Origin: Gammaproteobacteria bacterium
Lineage (GTDB): Bacteria; Pseudomonadota; Gammaproteobacteria; Ga0077554; Ga007554
NCBI GenBank assembly: GCA_023266055.1
Contig: JAHFRW010000001.1
Coordinates: forward strand, 25,153 to 89,152
Direction of reading: 5' to 3'
DNA: 64,000 nucleotides
Part shown: one piece after another, positions 57,035 through 64,000 of the stretch
Position numbering within the stretch: the first letter of the stretch is position 1
Layout: the number at the start of each line of letters is the position of its first letter
The notes under the pieces: model-generated
Told to the model about the DNA's origin: nothing
The model's input: only the letters and a program-made list of their open reading frames with translations
Databases searched by the model: none
Program-made: the position numbers and the translations under genes

Positions 57035-57386
57035 AATGCGTCTGGGTCAGACGCATGCAACGACTCCAGATCAGGAGCCGTCTTTGCGTGTGATTGTAGG
57101 GTTAACCCGGCACATGTTGCAAATAGCGCAATACGAAGATTGGCTGACTTTGGTGTCCCTGGAAGAAGCAAGAAGTGAATTGATTGCCGCTTTTTTCGCA
57201 CAACCGGTTGCTGATGATCATGCGTCTGATATTGCAAATGGTATTCGTGAAATACTTGCAATGGATCAGGACATCATGCTGCTCAGCGAAGGAGGGCAAC
57301 AGCAGGCAGTTAATGGTCTGCGCCAACTCCATCGTGCGACTCATGTCATACAGGCCTACGGTGACGGTCAGGCACAGATGGCGTAG
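57021..57386 (+). CDS. Probable FliT-like flagellar export chaperone
   Basis: It is a small helical protein directly after fliS, overlapping it by 14 nt. The motif LTRHMLQIAQYEDWLTLVSLEEARSELI resembles FliT-family proteins at the same position in Pseudomonas-type clusters. Confidence 0.55.
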   Translation: MQVDEMRLGQTHATTPDQEPSLRVIVGLTRHMLQIAQYEDWLTLVSLEEARSELIAAFFAQPVADDHASDIANGIREILAMDQDIMLLSEGGQQQAVNGLRQLHRATHVIQAYGDGQAQMA

Positions 57387-57548
57387 CGCTTCTTGTGGCC
57401 AGATAATCATTGTACGGTAGCCCGGTTTACTTTGTAATTGGCTGCGTCCGTGGAAAAATCAGACTATCGGGTTCCCATGGCTGTGTTTTGACTTAATTTT
57501 TGTTGTTCCCTCTTGTATTGTCCCCTGTATATCTTGTATCTTTTCCAA

Positions 57549-58121
57549 ATGACTAATTTACCTTTGATTCCCGGTATAACCGGTTTGATTTATGAGGATG
57601 TTATGCCTTTGCGCTGGATGCAGCTCACGCAAATGCTGACAGAGGCGCAGCGTATTCAATGTCAGGAGTTAAATGAAGAAGTCCTGCGTACCATTACTTT
57701 GCTGGACGAGCATTTTTCGGAAATGAACGATGAGCATGATGTGACGACCCAAGGGTTGCAGCGTATTGATTTCAAGCTCAATCTGGTGCTGGACTTGGTC
57801 GGCCAGGTATTGGCGTATAATCTGACGTTACCGGACGCTGTCAGTGTCAGTTTTAATACGGATGCTGTTCAGTGGGAAGGGCTGTCTGCGCCGGATCCCG
57901 GCACAATGGTGAAAATAGAGCTCTATGTGAGCCGCAAATATCCCCGTGCTATCGTGCTGTACGGCAAGGTACAGGCAGTGCAACCTCTGGCGGGTACGTT
58001 TAAGACAGGGGTGATACTGGAAGGTTTGAGTGAGATCGCGCGTGATGGCCTGGATAAACTCATTTTCAGGCACCACCGTCGTCGTGTTGCACACGCTCGT
58101 CGCATCAATCATGTCCCATAA
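57549..58121 (+). CDS. Atypical PilZ-like protein (helical N-region plus beta-barrel C-region), between fliT-like and fleQ
   Basis: The region LQRIDFKLNLVLDLVGQVL ... VSVSFNTDAVQWEGLS...GTMVKIELYVSRKYPRAIVLYGKVQAV...TGVILEGLSEIARDGLDKLIFRHHRRRVAHAR resembles atypical PilZ families. The canonical N-terminal RxxxR and DxSxxG motifs are not evident. Confidence 0.5.
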   Translation: MTNLPLIPGITGLIYEDVMPLRWMQLTQMLTEAQRIQCQELNEEVLRTITLLDEHFSEMNDEHDVTTQGLQRIDFKLNLVLDLVGQVLAYNLTLPDAVSVSFNTDAVQWEGLSAPDPGTMVKIELYVSRKYPRAIVLYGKVQAVQPLAGTFKTGVILEGLSEIARDGLDKLIFRHHRRRVAHARRINHVP

Positions 58122-58496
58122 ATCATTGAAAACAAGATAATTTGTTGCGTGTAATATAGCCTTTGTGGCTAATGCGCACTCATATTTTTGGTAATTTTTT
58201 GATAAATATGAAGTTTTACCTCCCGACAAAATTTTGACTTCTTCCCTTATCAGTGTTTAACTTAAGGAATATTGGTGCGTGTCATTATGTGTGTAATGAA
58301 ACGCTCTGGCCCTTAGGCATTGGGGCAGTTCAATATGGATTTCTCCGTATAGCCTGGTAGTAGGGGGTACACGAGCATTGTGAGTACATGGATGTATATG
58401 AACAGCCCGGCGTAATGGCCGAGTCCCGCAAAAGCGTTGCAGGAATGGCACACCAATAACTTCAAATCAGTTTCTTGATGAAACAGGCCGTATTTA

Positions 58497-59993
58497 GTGG
58501 ATATGGGGGTTGTAATGTCATCGTCCAGTGTATTGGTCATTGATGCAGATGAGCGAAGGTGTTTGAGCCTTAAAGCCATACTTGAGTTTATTGATCATGG
58601 CCCGGTGCAGATTACCGCGCCAGGCGTGTGGCAAGAGAGTCTGGCCGAGCCGGAGAGTATTGCGGCGATTCTGTTGGGTAATTGTGGGTCTGACGAAATT
58701 CAGCTGGAAGTGATGGGTGTCTTGAAGGAAAATCACCCGAATATACCCGTCTTGTTGGTAGGGGATGGCCGCGAAGAAGCACAATACCCGGAAGCTGTCA
58801 GAGCCGCTGCGTTCAGCTATCTCGAGACGCCGGTAAAGTACCGCGCATTAACCACATTGCTACAGCAGGCGCAAACCCATCGCGCGCTTTTACGTGATAG
58901 TGAGCAACCACCTGCACTACGTCCGGATCGTTCCCCCGAGTTGTTTCGTAGCCTGGTCGGTAATAGTCGTAGTGTTCGTCAGGTACGCAAGCTGATTGAG
59001 CAGGTGGCGACGTCAGATGCAACCGTTCTGATTTTGGGTGAATCAGGTACTGGCAAGGAAGTGGTTGCCCGTAATCTGCATTACCATTCCATGCGTCGTG
59101 CCAAGCCGTTCGTGCCAATTAATTGTGGTGCCATTCCCGCTGAATTGCTGGAAAGTGAATTATTTGGACATGAGAAAGGTGCTTTTACCGGTGCCATCAG
59201 TGCCCGGCAAGGGCGTTTTGAAATGGCAGAAGGTGGTACGCTGTTTCTTGATGAAATTGGTGATATGAGCTTGCATATGCAGGTAAAGCTGCTGCGTGTA
59301 TTGCAGGAGCGCACCTTTGAGCGGGTAGGTAGTAATAAAACCATTATTGCTAATGTACGTATCGTTGCGGCCACACATCGCAATCTGGAAGAAGCCATTA
59401 AAGAGTCCAGATTCCGGGAAGACCTGTACTATCGACTGAATGTATTTCCCATTGAAATGCCCCCCTTGCGTGAGCGTTTGGATGATACGCCCTTGTTGGT
59501 GGCTGAACTGATTACACGGTTGGAGCATGAAAAGCGTGGTTCAGTGCGTTTGACGCCTGCAGCAATGATGGCGCTGTGTCAGTATCACTGGCCGGGGAAT
59601 GTACGTGAATTGGCAAATTTTATTGAGCGTCTCGTGATCATGCATCCGTACGGAGTGGTGGATGTGCAGGATATGCCGGATAAATTTCGGCCAGCAGGCG
59701 GTGTGATTGGAGAGTTACATTTGGTATCTGATGCCCAGTTCGATGATACATTACTGAGCGATGAATCCTTTCAGGCCAGTTACGACAAGGTGTCAGTACC
59801 GCCACGGCTGCCACGAGAAGGACTCGACTTAAAAGAGCATTTACATAATCTGGAGTATGATCTAATTCGTCAGGCTTTGGAGGATGCGGGCGGTGTTGTT
59901 GCGCATGCTGCCGAGCGTCTTAAGCTACGCCGTACCACCCTGGTTGAGAAGCTGCGTAAATATGGTTTGCATCGTGGTGATGAAGCGCCATAA
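58497..59993 (+). CDS. fleQ: Sigma-54-dependent flagellar master regulator FleQ/FlrA
   Basis: It has a FleQ-type N-domain, an AAA+ domain (GESGTGKEV, GAFTGA, ESRFREDLYYRLNVFPIEMPPLRER) and a C-terminal HTH. LFRSLVG and VARNLHY are present. Confidence 0.9.
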   Translation: MDMGVVMSSSSVLVIDADERRCLSLKAILEFIDHGPVQITAPGVWQESLAEPESIAAILLGNCGSDEIQLEVMGVLKENHPNIPVLLVGDGREEAQYPEAVRAAAFSYLETPVKYRALTTLLQQAQTHRALLRDSEQPPALRPDRSPELFRSLVGNSRSVRQVRKLIEQVATSDATVLILGESGTGKEVVARNLHYHSMRRAKPFVPINCGAIPAELLESELFGHEKGAFTGAISARQGRFEMAEGGTLFLDEIGDMSLHMQVKLLRVLQERTFERVGSNKTIIANVRIVAATHRNLEEAIKESRFREDLYYRLNVFPIEMPPLRERLDDTPLLVAELITRLEHEKRGSVRLTPAAMMALCQYHWPGNVRELANFIERLVIMHPYGVVDVQDMPDKFRPAGGVIGELHLVSDAQFDDTLLSDESFQASYDKVSVPPRLPREGLDLKEHLHNLEYDLIRQALEDAGGVVAHAAERLKLRRTTLVEKLRKYGLHRGDEAP

Positions 59994-60055
59994 CTTTGAC
60001 AAACAAGCGCTGCCCCTATATTCAAGCAGTTGATTATATAAATAATTTCTTCGTA

Positions 60056-60071
60056 AGGCACGTTTTTTGCT
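60056..60071 (+). promoter_or_regulatory. Sigma-54 promoter upstream of fleS-fleR
   Basis: AGGCAC-gtttt-TTGCT has the correct GG-N10-GC spacing and is intergenic. Confidence 0.65.
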
Positions 60072-60083
60072 CTAAAGCTGTAG

Positions 60084-61340
60084 GTGAGAGAATTATTCTC
60101 ATCAGACAGTTTTTCATTATGGAGAGCAAAAAGCGTGACGATTTCATCAAATGCACCGTCGACACAGGATCTGGCGGGTGCATTCCAACTCTTCGCTCAG
60201 GTTTCGGAGCAGCTTGCAGCGTCTTACCATGTACTGGAAGGGCGTGTTGTTCAGCTGACGGCTGAACTTGCCACAGCACGTAGCGAGCGTCTTGTCCATC
60301 TCACGGAAAAAGAGCACCTTGCCAACCGCCTTGAGCATCTACTGAATGCCTTGCCGGGCGGTGTAGTTGTGCTTGATGGGGTGGGTTATGTGCAGGAATG
60401 CAATCCGGCAGCCCTGGAGCTATTGGGAACACCACTCCATGCCGTGCGCTGGCTGGATGTCATTGACCGCGCTTTTGCACCACGTTCTGATGATGGTCAC
60501 GAGGTATCGTTACGTGATGGTCGTAGGGTAGGTATCTCCACCTGCTCACTTGGTTCACAGTCGGAGAATGCGCAGCCGGGTCAGATTCTATTGATCAATG
60601 ATCTTACTGAAACACGTGCCTTGCAAGAGCAGCTGGCACGTCATCAACGCCTTTCCGCAATGGGGGAGATGGCGGCTTCGCTTGCGCACCAGATTCGCAC
60701 ACCATTGTCTTCCGCCATGTTGTATACCTCCAATCTTTTCCGTTCCGACCTGGATCTGGTTTCGCAACGGCGATTTTCAGAAAAATCCCTTGCCAGTCTG
60801 CGTCACATCGAAAAAATGGTAAATGACATGCTGATGTTTGTGCGGGGTGGTGGTGCCATGGATCATGATGTTGCAATTCCTGTATTGCTTAATGAATTCC
60901 GCCAGGTCATTGAGCCGCAGTTACAACTTTATTCAGGAACGCTTGAGATACTTGATGAAACCACAGGAAGTATCAATGCGCGACATATACATGGAAATAA
61001 AGACGCATTACTGGCTGCAGTATTGAATCTTGCAACTAATGCCATGCAGGCATGTGGTGAAGGAATACGACTGCGTCTCAATATAACAGGTGACAGTCAT
61101 GCGGTATATTTTAAGTTGAGTGATAACGGACCGGGAATTCCAGAACAATTTCGGGAACGCATCTTTGAACCATTTTTCACTACACGCTCATCAGGCACAG
61201 GCTTGGGATTAGCTGTAGTACGTGCTGTAGTGCAAGGGCACCATGGTGAAGTTTTCCTGGATTCGTCACACAATAAAGGTTGTACATTTACGATACGGTT
61301 GCCAATAGCGCATGTTGCCGCTCATCAGGAGGTGGCATGA
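60084..61340 (+). CDS. fleS: Flagellar two-component sensor kinase FleS/FlrB (cytoplasmic PAS-HK)
   Basis: The H-box is MGEMAASLAHQIRTPL and the ATPase motifs are DNGPGIP and GTGLGLAVV. A more likely start is GTG 60135, 8 nt after GGAGAG. Confidence 0.87.
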   Translation: MRELFSSDSFSLWRAKSVTISSNAPSTQDLAGAFQLFAQVSEQLAASYHVLEGRVVQLTAELATARSERLVHLTEKEHLANRLEHLLNALPGGVVVLDGVGYVQECNPAALELLGTPLHAVRWLDVIDRAFAPRSDDGHEVSLRDGRRVGISTCSLGSQSENAQPGQILLINDLTETRALQEQLARHQRLSAMGEMAASLAHQIRTPLSSAMLYTSNLFRSDLDLVSQRRFSEKSLASLRHIEKMVNDMLMFVRGGGAMDHDVAIPVLLNEFRQVIEPQLQLYSGTLEILDETTGSINARHIHGNKDALLAAVLNLATNAMQACGEGIRLRLNITGDSHAVYFKLSDNGPGIPEQFRERIFEPFFTTRSSGTGLGLAVVRAVVQGHHGEVFLDSSHNKGCTFTIRLPIAHVAAHQEVA

Positions 61341-62704
61341 ACGTCATGGCAGCAAGAATACTGGTAGTAGAAGATGATACGGCATTGCGTGAGGCATTAT
61401 GTGATACGTTGGAATTGGCAGGTTATTACGTGTCATCTGCATCTGACGGACAAATGGCATTAGATATTTTGAAAAGTAATGCTGGCGAAGAAATCTGCAT
61501 GGTAGTGAGTGATATACAAATGCATCCCATGGATGGGCATCATTTATTGAAAGCTATTAAGGTGCGTTGGCCAGCATTGCCAGTTTTATTGATGACAGCA
61601 CATGGCTCAATCCCTCAGGCCGTTGCAGCAATACATGATGGCGCAGTGGATTATCTGGTTAAGCCCTTTGAAGCAGAAGTACTGGTGGTAATGGTAAGTC
61701 GTTATATCAGGGAACCGTCAGAAAAAATCAATGAGCCGGATGTTGTTTCTGCAGATCCACGTACACGTGAGATCATGGATCTGGTGCGACGTGTAGCAGG
61801 CAGTGATGCCACAGTATTAATCAGCGGTGAGAGCGGAACAGGCAAGGAGGTATTTGCACAAAGTATTCATCGCCACTCCAGTCGTTCATCAGAACCGTTT
61901 GTTGCCATTAATTGCGCGGCTATTCCGGAGAATATGCTCGAAGCGGTATTATTTGGATATGAAAAAGGTGCTTTTACGGGGGCTTATCATGCTGCACCTG
62001 GAAAGTTTGAACAAGCTCAGGGAGGCACGTTACTGCTGGATGAAATTTCTGAAATGAGCCTTGGGTTGCAGGCCAAATTGTTGCGGGTTTTGCAGGAGCG
62101 TGAAGTGGAGCGATTGGGTGGACATAAAACGATTGCCCTGGACATAAGAATTATAGCAACGTCCAATCGTAACTTGCATGAGGAAGTTTCCCAATCCCGT
62201 TTCCGTGAAGATCTTTTTTATCGATTAAATGTTTTTCCACTCCACCTGCCAGCATTACGGGAACGTAACAGGGATATTATACCATTGGCGCAGCGCTTTA
62301 TAGAACGTCATCATCATGATGAAGGTGCGCTGCCTATATTATCGGAGGATGCTATAGCGCAATTGATGGCGTATCCGTGGCCAGGAAATGTGCGGGAGTT
62401 GGACAATGTAATACAACGGGCATTGATCATGAAGTCAAGTGCAATTATTAACGCCAGAGACCTGTGCTTCCAGAATTCGATTGTAAAAATTAATGAACAG
62501 ACCGGTGCGGAAAATAATAATGTACAAGAGCCCGTATTTTTGGAGAGTGATTTGAAGAGTCATGAGCAAAAATTGATTGTTGAAGCATTACAGGAAACAC
62601 AGGGTAATCGTAATGATGTTGCAAAGAAGCTGGGTATCAGTCCACGTACGTTGCGCTATAAGTTGGCGAGATTACGTGCGTCAGGAATTACCATACCAGA
62701 TTGA
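61337..62704 (+). CDS. fleR: Sigma-54-dependent response regulator FleR/FlrC
   Basis: It has a REC domain (ILVVEDDTALRE...VVSDIQMHPMDG), an AAA+ domain (GESGTGKEV, GAFTGA) and an HTH. There is an ATGA overlap with the fleS stop. Confidence 0.92.
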   Translation: MNVMAARILVVEDDTALREALCDTLELAGYYVSSASDGQMALDILKSNAGEEICMVVSDIQMHPMDGHHLLKAIKVRWPALPVLLMTAHGSIPQAVAAIHDGAVDYLVKPFEAEVLVVMVSRYIREPSEKINEPDVVSADPRTREIMDLVRRVAGSDATVLISGESGTGKEVFAQSIHRHSSRSSEPFVAINCAAIPENMLEAVLFGYEKGAFTGAYHAAPGKFEQAQGGTLLLDEISEMSLGLQAKLLRVLQEREVERLGGHKTIALDIRIIATSNRNLHEEVSQSRFREDLFYRLNVFPLHLPALRERNRDIIPLAQRFIERHHHDEGALPILSEDAIAQLMAYPWPGNVRELDNVIQRALIMKSSAIINARDLCFQNSIVKINEQTGAENNNVQEPVFLESDLKSHEQKLIVEALQETQGNRNDVAKKLGISPRTLRYKLARLRASGITIPD

Positions 62705-62718
62705 TAATAGAGGGACAT

Positions 62719-63045
62719 ATGGATAACAAGATAGATGTAAATCAGTTGCTGGCACAGATGCGTAGCATGTCAGCACAAGCGCAGAAAAAGCCGGATATTT
62801 CTGAAAATCTTCCGGCAGGACAGGCCAGTTTCGCCAGTCTCTTAACCAGCAGTATCAATAGTGTGAATGACGCCCAGCAACACGCAGGAAGTCTGGCGCA
62901 AGCCTTTGAAGTAGGTGACTCAAAAGTTGATATTAATGAAGTCATGATCAATCTTCAAAAGGCTAATATCTCATTTCAGGCCATGACACAGGTGAGAAAT
63001 AAACTGGTATCTGCTTATCAGGAAGTAATGAGTATGCCTATGTAA
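62719..63045 (+). CDS. fliE: Flagellar hook-basal body complex protein FliE
   Basis: SFASLLTSSINSVNDAQQHAGSLAQAFEVGD...VMINLQKANISFQAMTQVRNKLVSAYQEVMSMPM matches FliE. Confidence 0.92.
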   Translation: MDNKIDVNQLLAQMRSMSAQAQKKPDISENLPAGQASFASLLTSSINSVNDAQQHAGSLAQAFEVGDSKVDINEVMINLQKANISFQAMTQVRNKLVSAYQEVMSMPM

Positions 63046-63123
63046 ATTGAATAACAGATTAGAATAATCGATTTTTTAAAATTTTATGGCAATGTACGCT
63101 TAACCAAAGATACGAAGTTAAAA

Positions 63124-64000
63124 ATGGCAACCACTAAAGCAGAAAATATGTCAGCATCAATGCGTGGTTTTGGTAATTTACCGATACTTCGCCAGTTGGG
63201 ATTAATGATTGGATTGGCTGCCAGCGTGGCACTCGGTGTAGCCGTTGTTCTATGGTCTCAAACGCCTAATTATCGTGTTTTGTACAGTGGTCTGGCTTCT
63301 CAGGATGCCTCACAGATCGCCGACATTCTTCAAAAAGATGGTATTGAATATAAGGTTGATGAAACAACCGGTGCGGTTATGGTAGGAGCTGATCGTGTAC
63401 ACGCTGCGCGCCTTAAGCTAGCGGCCCAGGGTCTTCCAAAAGGTACAACACAGGGTTTTGAATTTCTTAATGAGCAAAGCACCTTTGGTTCCAGTCAATT
63501 TATAGAAACCGCCCGCTATCAACATGCTTTGGAAGGTGAGTTAAGCCGCACGATCTCGACACTGGGTAATGTACAGAACGCGCGCGTACATTTGGCCGTT
63601 CCCAAGCAATCAGTATTTGTCAGAAATCGGGAACAGCCTAGTGCATCAGTGCTCATCAGTCTTTTCCCGGGCCGTGAACTGTCGGAAGGTCAGGTATCTT
63701 CCGTGGTGCATTTGGTTGCGTCCAGCGTGCCAAATATGAATTCTGAGCGGGTTACCGTGATAGATCAAAAAGGACGTTTATTAACTGTCCCCGAGTCATC
63801 ACGTGGTATGCAGCTAACCACGAATCAATTTGAACATCGTCGTAAACTTGAAGATTATTATATCAAACGCATAGAAGATATTATTTCACCGATATCGGGT
63901 GTTGGTGGTGTTCGTGCCCAAGTTGTCGCGGAGCTGGATTTCAATATTACAGAAGAAACCAAGGAAACGTATAATCCGGAACAAAGTGCTATACGGAGTG
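63124..64000 (+). CDS. fliF: Flagellar MS-ring protein FliF, N-terminal part (runs off the right edge)
   Basis: This is my own translation: MATTKAENMSASMRGFGNLPILRQLGLMIGLAASVALGVAVVLWSQTPNYRVLYSGLASQDASQIADILQKDGIEYKVDETTGAVMV. It is not in the ORF track because there is no stop in the window. Confidence 0.9.
   Translation, partial: MATTKAENMSASMRGFGNLPILRQLGLMIGLAASVALGVAVVLWSQTPNYRVLYSGLASQDASQIADILQKDGIEYKVDETTGAVMVGADRVHAARLKLAAQGLPKGTTQGFEFLNEQSTFGSSQFIETARYQHALEGELSRTISTLGNVQNARVHLAVPKQSVFVRNREQPSASVLISLFPGRELSEGQVSSVVHLVASSVPNMNSERVTVIDQKGRLLTVPESSRGMQLTTNQFEHRRKLEDYYIKRIEDIISPISGVGGVRAQVVAELDFNITEETKETYNPEQSAIRS

Overview
This is a chromosomal, mostly core-genome window (roughly 45-50% GC by spot counts) from a polar-flagellated proteobacterium. 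The gene order looks gamma- or betaproteobacterial, but the taxon cannot be fixed from sequence alone. There are four blocks. (1) 1-17.7 kb: bamC-dapA, tsaB, rlmJ, ubiCA, then kdsD/kdsC-lptCAB-rpoN-ptsN-hprK-rapZ-EIIA(Man)-HPr-EI, mgtE and a displaced hpf. (2) 18.2-22.4 kb: small accessory genes and mobA-moeA-moaB. (3) 22.5-38 kb: a nitrate assimilation island with nasT, two near-identical ANTAR antiterminator leaders, an orphan Cache-like membrane protein, nrtABD, an outer-membrane porin, an MFS nitrate/nitrite transporter, a PP2C-Ser/Thr kinase fusion and nirBD-nasC. (4) 38-64 kb: an FGGY kinase, queF, hslO and tRNA-Asn, then a flagellar regulon (flgB-L, fliC, flaG, fliD, fliS, fliT-like, PilZ-like, fleQSR, fliE, fliF). 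Six sigma-54 promoter matches sit in intergenic regions in the correct orientation. I saw no CRISPR array, transposase, integrase, phage or recognisable defence genes. The most interesting unexplained element is the attenuator-flanked Cache-like/4-TM gene that sits where a NasS partner of NasT would be expected. Also unexplained are two long non-coding regions (kdsD-kdsC spacer, hpf leader), the kinase/phosphatase fusion and an atypical PilZ-like gene next to fleQ.
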